From: Octopus vulgaris
Lineage: Eukaryota
DNA: 64,000 bases
Direction: 5' to 3'
NCBI GenBank assembly: GCA_951406725.2
Contig: OX597822.1
Coordinates: forward strand, 86,552,001-86,616,000
A program made the position numbers and the translations under genes. Positions 12,494-25,202 of the stretch are shown one piece after another. Each line of letters opens with the position of its first letter. Positions within the stretch are counted from its first letter, which is position 1. The notes under the pieces were generated by a model. It ran no database searches, was not told the origin of the DNA, and worked only from the letters and a program-made list of their open reading frames with translations.

Positions 12494-13828
12494 GTTAGTA
12501 TTTTCAAACACGTGTAATAAGTATGGAAATGTTAAAATACTTTGGAATATTTATATAACTGTAGAATATACTGATAGACTCTGCAACATGCGAGAACCTA
12601 GGGCATCGGATTTATAGAAAAACAGTAAATTAAGATTGTGCAGGGTTGATCGATTTCCCAAAAGATGTTAACAATGTGAGAGAATGGTATAACAGCATAT
12701 AGAGAAAAAGGACGAGTGTCAATTTATAACAGTGGGAGACTACCTATAACAATTAGATAATTTAATCTGTTTATAACGTGTTCGATAAGTTAAATGATGA
12801 CATGCTACTTAAGACTAAAAAATATAATAACCTCTTTAGCAGGTATCTGTGGTGATAAATCAGTCACCTATAACTTAATTATAAGTATTTAATCACCATA
12901 CATAAATTCTAGCTTAGACTATGTAAACGCTGTGGTGAGTTATATACCAGGATGCTGAACATGCGTGTATGTTGAATATTAACAAGCTCACTTGTTTTCA
13001 CCATTATAATGACAGTTTCAGTAAGTACAGAAATAAGTTTTATCAGCAGGCTGAAGAAATGAAAATAAAGAAATCATATACTAAATTTATTTATGTTCAT
13101 TTAATAATATTTACAATACATTTTTATAAGTGAAGTCAAAAGATATTTAAAAAGAAAACTGTTGTAGAGAGTTTTCGACATAAAAATTGGATTATCTGAT
13201 TCTTTCATAATTAAACTAAACAAAGTGTAAAACAACAATTCAAAATAGCATTGTTGAGATAAACAACAGACTTGGCATTGTAATAACCAAATCTCATGAA
13301 AGGGAGTGTTGTGGAATCCTGTAGATGACCAATGAACACTGATTTATTTCTCAAAAATCAGGGTTTTTATAACTGCTGATATCTGAATTCTAAGAACTAT
13401 ATTTTGTGAAAGATTCCCCTTTGGCAAAAGTTATAATTCAAATATGGGCAGTAATTTTAACCAATGGAAAATCTAATAATTACATATATTCAGCCAACAT
13501 GACCATGACGTCATTCACCACCGATAGAGGTTTATTAAGGATTGCTACAATGGAATTAGTTTTAGTCAGGTTTTGAAAATAATCCACAAATCATCTTCTC
13601 ATGAAGATTGAGTTTACCCTGAGTTATCACAAACATGGTTTGGAATAAATTTGTAGAAAACAAAACTATTTTGAAGTTTTCTAATTGTGAATATCAGTGT
13701 GATATTTACTAGAATTAATAATTCTGATTGGTTTGTGCAGACATAAAAGAACCAGGAAAAAAATTGGTAAATAGTAGTTTTAATGTAGAAATCACATCGA
13801 TAATTACTAAGAGATGTTGTCATGGGTT

Positions 13829-14236
13829 TGTAACGAAGGATCTGTTATCGATTCACTGAAAGGGTGTCGATATCCGATCTGGTTACATACAATTTTATAA
13901 GACAATACAGACGAAGTCAGGTTGTAGGTAAAAGACAGCAGTTCGTTTATTTATTGCGATGTCGTACGTGTGTCTGATAGGAGAAGGACAGCCTCTGATG
14001 TACAGCTTCTTGTTAGTTTGTTGAAGTTTGTTGATGGTCGTTGGCGGCTATGCCGGTGAGGTTGTCAGAGCCTGTTGAATGTACGTCCGATCGCGATGAG
14101 CTGACTTGCCAGAGAGAAAGATTTGAGTTTGGCGGGTAAGGGAACGTTTCCCGCACGGGGAAGACTTCCGGTGGCTACCCGGAAGTAGTCCCATTCTGCG
14201 CATGCGCGCTGAACCCTACACACTAGCATCACTACA
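13829..14236 (-). mobile_element. Solo LTR (408 bp) with 4-bp TSD
   Basis: GGTT|TGTAAC ... ACTACA|GGTT; TGTA/TACA inverted termini, identical GGTT flanks, AATAAA on the - strand near 13950, CpG-rich. Confidence 0.8.
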
Positions 14237-14598
14237 GGTTGATATACGTTAGTAATAAGGTCATCCTCATCATCATTTGATGTCTGTTTTCTATGCTGGC
14301 ATGGGTTGGACAGTTTGACAGAAACTGGTAAGGCTAGGAGCCACACCAGGCTCTATCTTGACATGGTCTCTATGGCTGGCTGCCCTTTCTGCTGCCAACC
14401 ACTCTACAGAGTGTACAGGGGGGATTTTTTATGTGGCACCAGCATTAATGCTGTTCTATGTAATTGGGTTGATGGGAACTGTGCAGAAGCGCCTCAGGTT
14501 TACTGTAGTTGAAGAAGCCATTATTGTCATCCAGTGACAATACTGGAGCTGATTCTACTCAAAAAGTTGCATTAATGATACACATTGTCTGAGAAATA

Positions 14599-14926
14599 TG
14601 TGATGTAAAAGAAAAAAAGATGGAAGCGAAGAGAGAATTACGGTAGTTTTACCTGTCAGTCTGGAAAAAGGGTCACTTTCAACATCCATGTACTGTCTCG
14701 ATCTCCAAGGTTCACTTCATGTCCACATGCGCTATCCATTGCTGTACCGTCTCACACGTCCACTCTGATGTGCTGTTCACTGCCAACTGACCCTCATGCT
14801 TCACTGAATGCCACATGTCCACAGCGGCACTTCCTGTGGGATCCACAGGCCCCAGTTCCGACAGGGCATGCCTACTCCCTCACTTCCAATCCTTCCCTAC
14901 AACACAATCTGTCTCATAACACCACA
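14599..14926 (-). mobile_element. 3' LTR of Gypsy element
   Basis: On the - strand a polypurine tract (gagtggggggggg, about 14929-14941) precedes TGTGG... and the repeat ends ...ACATCACA. Confidence 0.65.
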
Positions 14927-17650
14927 CGCCCCCCCCCACTCTGATCTGAAGATCAGTCGACCAACCTGTCCACACCCTCTTCTCAACCCCAACCACATGC
15001 CTTAACTTGACTCATAATCAACCAGCCAGCGAGGAAGACACTGTTCCCTCTGTGACTGCCGTGTGACTTCAGGACTGGCATGTTCCTGCCAGTTTCGTCC
15101 TCTTGTCCATTACTGTTGGTCCCATCCTCCATTGTAGTAATGATCCTGCGCACATCCAAAACATTTTGTGGCATGCCATCTACAGATAAGTTGTTCCTTG
15201 AATTCACAGAGGTTATTGACCCCATTTCCCACTGTGATGTGCACCGCACATTTTGGGGCTTAACCCGGAATTCTTCTCCGACCTGCACAAAAGCATGCTC
15301 CTTCTCTTCTGTGGGATGTGACGATGCAGTACATGGATGCCTCCACTCATACTTGAATATTGTCATGTATGGCACTGTCTCCTCAGCCTGTCCCATGCTG
15401 GGTGACATATTATACCAAAAAACGGCCTCAACCAGTGAGATGTGGCCCCCCTCTCTGCTATGGTCTTGATGGTATGATGATGCCTTGCAACAACCACATT
15501 GCCCGGTATGCCATCCTGAAGAAACAGCTGACATACCACTTGTCTAGCATTTCTCCCAGCACCTCCAAGCAAAACGCAGTGCTATTGTCCACAAGCAGCT
15601 CATCCACAGGGCCTTGTTCTAGGAATACCTCATTCAGTATTTTTGTAATTTCTTCCCTGGACCCCATCTTCATCTCTCTCCATATGGCCAACTGCCCCGG
15701 TCCGCAGTTGACCATTGAGAGGCATGTCCCCTGCCGGTAGTGCATCATGTCCACTGCCAGTCGTTTCCAGTTGTGTTCCACTGGAATGCTTCGTGCCTTA
15801 TGCACACCTGGAGTGGGGTCAATGGACTGGTACCTGTCTTAGCTCCCAACTACTCTTTGCACGCTCTACTTAGTCATGTCAGAGTCAACTTTCCTGGCTA
15901 CGAACAGGGTGCTGTCCACCCCCATGTGATGCATGGTATGCAATCTCCTCAGCTCCGAGTCACTCAGTCGATACACCGTAGCCACTCCTTGTTCCAGATC
16001 CTCTGGCACCTGCAACCAGGCTTTCTTTACTCTGGTCAGGACGTCCGCTCTATTCTTCTCTGAGGGAACAAAACCACACACAGCCTCAGGTTAAACTTGG
16101 CGGCTAGCTCACTCAGAATTCCCATACAGTGTTTTATCAGCATCTCTGCACCCTCCACTCGCCTGTGATCACTGATCCCACCCACCTAAGTACAGTGGCT
16201 GGATCTTGATGGCATGCAGCCCCCACCTCAAAGCCAGGTTCAGCCCTTTCAGCACAGCATCCAGCTCTGCCACGTTGATGTGGTTGCAGTCGTCCTTCTT
16301 CCTAAGCCAGGCTGCATACTCCACCACAACACCTCCAATTTCCAGGAAAACTCCTGTCGCTATGCTGCTGACATCACACCACACGATCCCCTTCTTCAAT
16401 TTGGGCACATACCAGTTCCCTCTTACTGGGTCCTCTGCAGTCGCCCTCTCCAAGACTTCTTGCATCATGGCAGTTGTCTTCTTGCCCACGTTATCACTCC
16501 ACCTCACTCCTTGAGCTCGCCTCTTGATGAAGCTGCATGCCATCCTGCAATTGGGTAGTGTCCCAACAGTTTTCCACATACAGAAAACAATTCCAGTCTG
16601 CACCCCCTTTGATTTACACCCTCCGCTCGCCTGCCAGCCTTGTCTCTCCATAGCTTGAGTCCCAGGGCATCTCTTCTTTCCATTGCCTCTGGTGGTTTGG
16701 CAGTTAGTCCAAAACTCTTCAGGTGGCTTATGACCTCCTTTGCCAACAGTATGCTCTCATCCACCAGGATGTCATCGATATAGAAATTGGTGGCTCTTTT
16801 CATTTTGTCAGCCTTTCCCAGGATGGTCTTGAGAATTGTCGCCATAATCTTCAGTGCTGAATTCAGCCCTGAATCCCAACCTGGTCAGGCAGTACATCTG
16901 TCCCTTATACCTTACCAGCTGATATTTCAAGTCTCTCAGCCACATGCAGCTGCAGGTAAACTGACATCAAGTTGACGATTGTTGAGGCCCTCGTCATCTG
17001 CCTCTACTCTCTCAAGGTTTCACTACAAATGTCCGTAGCTTCACCGCCCGTATGGCACAATACATGGTTGTTCAGCTCCCGGAATACTGGCCTGACTTTG
17101 TTTCGCCGTCTGCACCACTGCCATCAGCAGTAGCACTTCAATCTTCACTTCCTCCTTCCAAGAATCAGAATACCTTCCTTGATCCACCAGTCGACTTCTC
17201 CCTCGAAATCGCTTCTGGCATCCCCTTTCAGGGTATGCTGATAGCAGCCTACTGTGTTTTTCAATGTCGGAGGATCTCCCTTCCAGTGCCATTCCACTGT
17301 CCACTGCTGGCCATCGAACACAGCTCAAAAATCACTCTACTCTCCTGTCACGAACTCACAGCGCCCCCCTCATCACCGAACACTATACTGGCTTCATTGA
17401 CTGTAACACCTCCCAAGCGGACAATGGTGTCCATCTCCATCATGACATCGATCCAGTCCACTACACAATCAATTACAATAGACCGCAACCTCAATCTTGT
17501 TCCTCGTACCACCATCTCCACATCGCTACTTCCTCTGCATTCAACTTCCATACTGTCAACAGCCCTTACACTATTCACTCCACTCCATTCTTCTACCACT
17601 TCTGGAGTCATTAGGGTTGTTGAGCAGCCCGTGTCCACGAGGGCTCGTGA
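14927..17650 (-). mobile_element. Ty3/Gypsy LTR retrotransposon internal region (degenerate pol, 5'-truncated)
   Basis: Domain order on - strand: protease (RALVDTGCSTTLM, 17348-17653), RT (FYIDDILV, 16504-16845), RNase H (VWCDVS...HINVAELDAV), integrase (HHMG...WKRLAVD...LLVDNSTAF). Many frameshifts; gag and 5' LTR are absent. Confidence 0.88.
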
Positions 17651-17919
17651 CATATATACAGATGTGTGTGTTTATACAAAACATTATATGTATGTTTTAA
17701 TATTTCTAATTATTCAGTTTAATTTATATTTAGTATCTCTTTAAACAGTTGTAAACAGCAATGATCCTGTTTGTGCATATTATAATCTAGGCAAACATAA
17801 AACTCAGAGGCACTGTATTTCTTCTTCTTCATTGTATTTCCATTAAGCCAAGTGTTTTAATATAAATTAAATTAATGCAATAAATTAATTAGAATAAAAA
17901 CTCTCAAATTATTTTTCAG

Positions 17920-17988
17920 GTCATTGCTGAACACAACCCAGAACGCCAAACAACCATTAATATGGACATGTTCATTGCTGTTTTACTT
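17920..17988 (+). CDS. Patatin-like phospholipase exon 7 (degenerate EF-hand-like segment)
   Basis: atttttcag| ... |gtgagt; VIAEHNPERQTTINMDMFIAVLL. Phase 0 to 0. Confidence 0.72.
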
Positions 17989-20115
17989 GTGAGTTGTAAA
18001 CTGAACGCAAACATTGTTCTAAAATAATATTCTCTTGAAATACATGTCTTTTGAATGTTTTGTTTCTTGTGTTCTAAAATTTCACATTCTATTCCAGTAT
18101 TTTTAACCATCTCAGGTTGTTTTAGTACTACCCTAACCCACTATATCAGAGACACCTGACATTTCTATGCAACACATAGAATATGTCATCCAACCATTCT
18201 AAAAGCATTGATGAGTTTGTTATATGTTACATTGACCAGATCAATCACAAAAGGAAATGGGATGAAATGTCTTCTGGCTCTGAAGAAAGGAGCCAATAAT
18301 TGGGTTGTACTTATGGATACGTTCCACCAGGACAGATTCTCATTGACACTGATAGGCCTCTAGCTGAGAGTCATTCGTGATTAAGGAGGCATGGTATGAT
18401 GTTTTCTTGATATAAGTAGGATAGACAAGTTTAGTCTATCTTTGCTGGAAGATGCTTGTGAAGCCTCTGTTCAGGAAGTCAGTGTGTGTGTATGTGATAT
18501 GTGGTGTCTAGGTTGCAAGTGGATAATGCATAATTGGAAAATGTTAAGGAGTGATAAAGTGTCATTTGTGTGAGAGTGGATATTGTATAGGAGCAGCAAG
18601 GATGTTGATGAAGGAAGAGAGTGGAGAACAAATCTTAAGCTTGGGAGATGTTGGAGCTAGTAGAATGAGGGCAGGAAAAGTTCAACATACAGTAATAATG
18701 TAATCTGATACAAAGCTACCAATCCAAAAGATGTAAGAGACAGCTGGAGTTCATCAGCAAGGAGTTTCAAATATGTCCAAAGTTTCAAATTAGAATTAAC
18801 CACATATTTTGGTAGTTTCATTTTGTGGTTAGTGTAACTGTAAAATATGCATATAGCATAGAAATGTATGCTCCTTATCAATTTATGCCTTATGCTTTTA
18901 TTTTTAGATTTGAGACGTTTGGTAATATTTTGGCTTATTAGTTTATGATGATGATGTGAAATTTTCCATACATTTTATACATTATTTTCAAAGTTTACCA
19001 TCACATTTTTAATTCTGGGTTAAATGAGACAGTTTTCATTTGTACCGTTTGTCATTTCTTGAGGGAGGAATTGAACCTGTTTGGTTGTGATTTGACTTGT
19101 GCCACATTAATGTATTTACAACTGGCACAAACATTTGCAATATTCAGCCAAAAGCAATAAAAAACAAGCAATCAAAATTTCAATAATAAGCTGACACTTT
19201 ACTTAATGCAGCTTTCCCTCAACTGTTTTTGTAATTTCTTTACAATGGCCTTCAGTTATTTCATCTGTTAAGTTTATCATCATCATCATATTCTGCAGTA
19301 GCTGTGCTCAGCTATGACTTAGAGAATTTTTGCAGACTAAGGGCCCTTTTGACATGAAAGAATGGATATTTGGAAAATGTTTACATAGGCAAGTACTTGA
19401 TAAGGTTAACTGGGTCTGGGTGAGTTTAGTTTTATTATTTGATTCTCTTTCTGGTTGACAATTCAGACCTCAAATTTGTGATCTACTCAGTCACTTTGAA
19501 AGGACCCATAGACAGAGACCTGGTTATTGGGAGGTGAGCTAAATGTTACTGACATGCAATGAATATTTAGTGAGTTTTTAGCTCACTAATTTCATATAAT
19601 GTTTGGTCATTCTTCGATAGCTGTTAGAATCAGTCCAGTGAGGAACAACAACAACAACTCATGTGAGATTGTGAAGACATCATGTACATGAAGAATTTAA
19701 CATTCAACAGAACAGAATGGAATTTGAATAAGGCAATGTTTTCGTCTTGCTGTATTCTATGACTGGTGAAGTGGATTGAAGAAAATTCAACTTTTCACTT
19801 CCCAGACATTTGTACATTACTGCATATGCTTTATATGCACTTTTGACAAGTTGTGGTGCACCTGAGCACTGTATACAATAATTTCATTATTCTGTTTACA
19901 AACTTTCTCCGTGTCTACACTAAACATACGCACAAATCCTTTTATGTATACACACGCAATATTTAAGAAAAAAATGAATATACACAAAAAAGAACGAAAC
20001 ATGTGTATATACACACACAATATTTAAGAACAAAAGGAATATACACAAAAAAAGAACGAATCAAAAACATATTTTACTTTTATCGTGTTGTTGTTTACAT
20101 TTTCTGTCTCTACGG

Positions 20116-21295
20116 ATGACCAGAAGCAACAAAATCGCCATGGTGGAATCCACAGTGGAGTGCGATAAGACTGGTCGCTGCTCCAAAATAGAACACTGCC
20201 CAGAAAATCACACCTGCCACATCTGTACGGAACCCGAAAATACGTTCCGTAATCGCTGGGTCGAATGTGGGACATGCCTCATCTCTGTCTGCCTCCAATG
20301 TGCCACGGACTTTCAGAAGATCCCAGGCCAAAAAAGAGCCATCATAATGCTATGATGGATAGACTCTGGAAGATGGTTCAGCTTAAATCTTGGACTTTTC
20401 AGTGTCAGGCCTGCGTGCCTCCACAACCGACGATTGTGTCTCCCCTGCCACTCCCATGGAGGAGGCGGAACAGCAACAGCAGCAACAACAAAATCAACCA
20501 CAACTAGAGCAGCAGCAGCAACAACAACAATAGCAGCAACAACAAAATCAACCACAACCAGAGCAGCAGCAACAACAACATCAACAACAACAAAATCAAC
20601 CACAACCAGAGCAGCAGCAGCAACAACGACAGCAGCAACAACAACAACATCAACAACAACAGCAGCAACAACAAAATCAACCACAACCAGAGCAGCAGCA
20701 GCAACAACAACAACAACAACACCAATTGACCAGTGCGGTTCTTGCAGAACTGCAACAATCGATCTGTGCTTTAAGAGGGGAAGTTGCAGGAATAAAAGCA
20801 AGCATTTAGGTTGGACTCCACAATGAAGGGTCTTATCGGAATGCTCTGCTAAAGAACCTCCCTGTACCTGTACCTCTTGCCGCATCTAAGACCACGGATT
20901 CTGCTACCCGTGAAGTTATTGTCATTGGGGTGCCAGAAGACATGGCTGATCTTCAGGCATTTGCTGCCAACTCAGCCAAAGACCTAGGCTGCGTTCCCCC
21001 AACAGGTGCTCTCCGCCTTGGACGACCTGGCCCAAAACCCAGGCTCATCAAGCTGTCTTTTCCAGACCACGCTGAGGCAACCGCATACCATCTGGCCTCA
21101 GTTAAAGCTGGGCGTGAAAATCGGACGACCCTTCGAACACGCCCAGGCTTACCATCCGATGTACGTCCGAAGCTACGTGTAGCGGCTTCCCTGAACCGGA
21201 ACTCAGCTCTACAAGAAAGCTTCAGTCTTCGTGAAGATGGACAAATCTGGAGATTTGTTAAGACGGGTGAAACGTGGAAGAGAGATAACAGCTGA
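20116..21295 (+). pseudogene. LINE ORF1 (PHD-like finger + polyQ + coiled coil + RRM-like), disrupted
   Basis: CHIC...WVECGTC...CLQC, a frameshift, then WTFQCQAC; CAR-rich tract; LAELQQSICALRGEV; EVIVIGVPE...RLGRPGPKPRLIKLSF. Contains internal stops and frameshifts. Confidence 0.7.
20470..20722 (+). repeat. CAA/CAG-rich repeat within LINE ORF1
   Basis: (cagcaacaacaaaatcaaccacaaccagagcag)n-like units. Confidence 0.9.
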
Positions 21296-21423
21296 GTGCT
21301 CTCTACCCACAATGACTGACACTGAAAAAAAAACTAAAAAAAAACTACAGCAACTCAGGGAAACTAAACCTGAACAACCTGCCATCCTCTACACACCATC
21401 ATAAACTGCAAGCAGGGTACAAA

Positions 21424-24026
21424 TTGTTGTCCTTAAATGCTCGCAGTTTGTGCAACAAAATTCATTTGTTCAACGCTTACGTTGGAAGTATTGACCCTGA
21501 CTTCATCACTGTCACAGAAACATGGGCGCATTCCTTACTCTGTGATAGGGTTTTCAACATCACTGGGTACAACCTCTTCTGCAAGGACCGCATTAACCGC
21601 CGTGGTGGTGGTGTGATGGTCTACGTTCGTTCAAATTTTTCAGTAATTCCTTGTGCCGATTTGAACGAATCACAGGAAGAACTTTTTTCTGTGATGTACG
21701 TATGACCATGTCAACACTCCTGCTTGGTGTTGTTTATCGTCCCCCAAATTACCATCGGGACACACAGCTTTGCGATATCCTCCGAGCTGCTGCCAGGAAA
21801 ACAGCCACTTATGTTTTCATTGCAGGCGATTTCAATCATCCTGAGATCAATTGGGAAACCTTCCATTGGCCACAGAGTGCAAACGATTTTGTTGAGCTTG
21901 TACTGGACTCAAACTGGTCACAAGTAGTCACCTCTCCAACAAGAGGTGACAACACCTTGGACCTGCTCTTCACCACAACTCCTGAAGCGGTTATCAATTG
22001 CACTACGGAGGAACCTCTAGGTGACTCTGATCATGCTATGATCATCGCCAATCTGGCTCTTGCGGGCAACAAAAACCTGAACCATCTCCAAACTGCTTCC
22101 TTCGATTGGAAGAGAGCAGATTGGAACCTGTACCACACTGAACTACAGCACCCAAACTGGCGTGAATTCTACAACTCTGGAGATGTGAATACTATACTCC
22201 AGAGTATCCTGGACTCAATATGGGCAGCATGTGCAGCATCAGTGCCATGTAAACAGAAAAAGAAGAACCGCCCCAAAAGTGCAATTTGGGAAACTTCAGC
22301 GGTCCGACTTGCCAGGAAGGAACGTCGAACTGCCGAACGGGATTACAAGTTGCATAAATCAGACACCAACAGGAAGAAGCGGAATAAATCTTCCAACCAT
22401 CTCAAGCAAGTGACAAAAAAAGCAGTGCTTGAATTTGAACAGTGCATAGCAGCCAATCCTAACAGCAAGGTTTTCTGGAAATATGTGCATTCGAAGCAGA
22501 GACCTCACTCTCCAGTGGGCCCTCTTCGCAACCCTCACACAAACCAGATCACTGACGACCCCAAGGAATGCGCAGAACTCATTGCCGAGTGCTATGCAAA
22601 CATATTCACTGTTGAAAGTCAAAATGTACCATCTTCACCATCTCTAACAGCAAATTCCATAACAACTATGGAATTTACACCTGCAATGCTGCGATGTCAC
22701 CTTCAAAACAAGCGCAACTATGCCTCCCCTGGTCTTGATGGAGTCACATACCTGCTTCTCAAACGTGGCAGGTACTTCCTTTTACACCAGCTCTCTACTT
22801 TCTTCCAGTACTGTCTCAACAATGGTGCTACTCCGGAACAGTGGAAAACTGCCAGTGTCATTCCTCTGTTCAAGAAGGGCGACCGCACATCACCTGTCAA
22901 CTATCGCCCAGTCAGTCTCACTAGCTGTATTGCAAAACTGATGGAATCGTGTGTCAGAGAAACACTTTGGAACTTCTGGAGCTCACACAGTCTCATCCGA
23001 CCCTCACAATATGGATTTGTCCCTAACTCCAGCTGCAGTGATCAGCTTGTCGAGTTCCTTGAGGACATTACTCAGATCACTGACAGTGGCTCATGGGTGG
23101 ATGTTGTCTACCTTGACTTTGCTAAGGCTTTCAACTCTGTGCCACACAAAAGGCTTATGCTGAAACTCTCTGCAATGGGTGTGAGGGATGACCTTTTTAA
23201 CTGGTTGAAGTCCTTCATTCTCAACCGAAAGGAGGTAGTCACAGTTCTAGGACAGCATTCTACACCATATGAGATGTCATCGGGTGTACCACAGGGATCT
23301 GTCCTTGGTCCCCTCTTGTTTGTGGCATACATTAATGACATAGATGCAAATTTAAAAAATGCCACAGTATTAAAATATGCAGACGACATCAAGCTGTACC
23401 TTGAAATCAAGAGGACAGATCCTGTTGTCTACAGCTCTTTCCTGCAATCAGACCTGGACACAATGCAGCAATGGATCACAGACTGGCAACTGAAACTGGC
23501 TGTGGACAAGTGTACCACCATGCATTTTGGGAGAAAAAACCCTGCGTCCACATACTCCCTCCACAAAACTGATATCAAGAAATCCTCTTGCGAGCGTGAC
23601 CTAGGCATCACTGTCAGCAGTGATTTGCGTTGGACAAAGCATATCTCTAAAATTGTCAAGAAGGCCGAGGGTGTCTTGGCATCACTCAGCAAGACTTTTG
23701 TTAGCCGCTCTCCAGCCATCTATTTAAAACTGTATACAGCTATGGTACGACCACACTTGGAATTCGCATCATCAGTTTGGAACCCCTATCTTGCTCAGAA
23801 CATTGACCTCCTGGAATCTGTTCAGAGACGTGCAACCAAACGCATACCCTCCATCAGACACCTACCATATTCTGAGCGCCTTGTTTCCCTGGGCATGGAT
23901 TCACTGAAGCTCTGGCGTCTGGCGACGGACTTGGTAAACGCCCACAAAGTTGTCAACCACCTCATCAATAACAACACTGAACACCTTTTTGATCTCCATG
24001 TGTCTAACACATCTGTTGAATGGTAG
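21424..24026 (+). pseudogene. LINE ORF2 endonuclease-reverse transcriptase (one frameshift near 21680, 3' truncated)
   Basis: ORF 21424-21705 carries the APE N-terminus. ORF 21651-24026 (791 aa) carries the rest of APE and a complete RT core, and ends before the usual CR1 C-terminal motif. Confidence 0.9.
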
Positions 24027-25202
24027 ACTAGGCAGGCCTGCTGATGTGCAAACATACACTTAGGCTGTGCTACTTGCAGAGATCCCAAGATGGTGAAATG
24101 GTGGAGGGCACCATGTATGAGCTATATCTTTTCACAGCTCATCTCCTTGACAGAAACGCTGTCTAAGACAAAGATCAAGACAGGGCACCTGACATCTAGA
24201 ATATTATCTGGCACTCACTACTCTTTATTAGTCATGCAATGGGACAGTTGGATGTTTCATTCTATAGAGGATTAGTGGAAGGAAAGAGTGACATCATTTT
24301 CAGAGGTACTCTGAATATTGACAGGCTGCTGGTATTTATAGAGTTAAACACTTTTGGTATGCAAATTAGGGACTCCTTCACAGAGTAACTGCTGCATTTG
24401 TTGAGTATATAAACAGTTTGGTTGCTCATTTCTCTGGAGACTATCAGAATGATGTAGATGTCTCTGATGAGACCCCAATAAGATTTGAATATCGATTAAG
24501 GTTATTCTTCATTTTTTCCAGTCTGTGGAGAAATGGCTAAAAATTTGCCCTGTTTATAATTATACCATGTTACATAAACATACTGGTTAGTATGTTCTGG
24601 AAGGCTTTTGGGTAAGGACAACTATGGGTAATTTCCAGAGCTCTTTCACTTGGCAGTGCCTCCTAGTGGCACCACCAGATCAAGATAAACTCTTGCCAAT
24701 TCAATGAACCAGCATTGCTGACTTGTGGGGTTACGTTGAACAGCTACCATCACATGTAGGATGGTTATACACTGATGCCATTGTGAATCTTGTCTTGCCA
24801 CCTTCTTTTGGCTGGAGCAGACAGTTTTCATTTGTCTGATGGCATTGAGGAAAGAGGTTGTGTGATGGACAAGTCTGAAAGGGCTGAAAACAGATACCTT
24901 TCTCTTTGGCAAAACCTTCAACTTTTTCAAGTTTCACTTGGAAAGAAAAATGAGGGTGGAGAGGGAAGTGCTGCCCCACCAGCAAATTTTTTGAAAGGTG
25001 GATAAAAGTGGGGGAAGCATTTTAATTTTTTTAATATAATCCCACATGATGTCATCCTGTCCCCTCCTGGATCTTTTTGCAAACCCTTTTCATTAATAAA
25101 GAATGCATACTTATTATTGTTATAATGATATAAAGAAATTATGAAATTATTTAAAAGTTTTGAATTATTCAACTTGCTTCTAAAATTAGCTTTTCAAGAA
25201 GT

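Larger units (their letters stand above)
19895..24012 (+). mobile_element. CR1/L2-clade LINE, near full length, 3'-truncated, intronic
   Basis: 5' UTR with tandem duplication, disrupted ORF1 (20116-21295), ORF2 with APE (LNARSL..K, ITVTETW, GGGV, VYRPP, GDFN, LDL, SDH) and RT (YLDFAKAF, GVPQGSVLGP, YADD, ERDLG). Confidence 0.93.

Noticed and set aside
12580-12960. Possible intronic box C/D snoRNA (atgatga motif near 12794)
   Set aside because: No convincing terminal stem, D box or rRNA-complementary guide could be identified by eye.
17052-17744. 230-aa + strand ORF
   Set aside because: Antisense shadow of the Gypsy protease/RT region.
20313-20885. Poly-V/A, poly-L and mucin-like poly-T ORFs
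   Set aside because: Alternative frames and strands of the CAA/CAG tract inside LINE ORF1.
24020-25000. Possible decayed DNA transposon coding remnant after the LINE break
   Set aside because: Too degenerate; no recognisable catalytic motif or termini.
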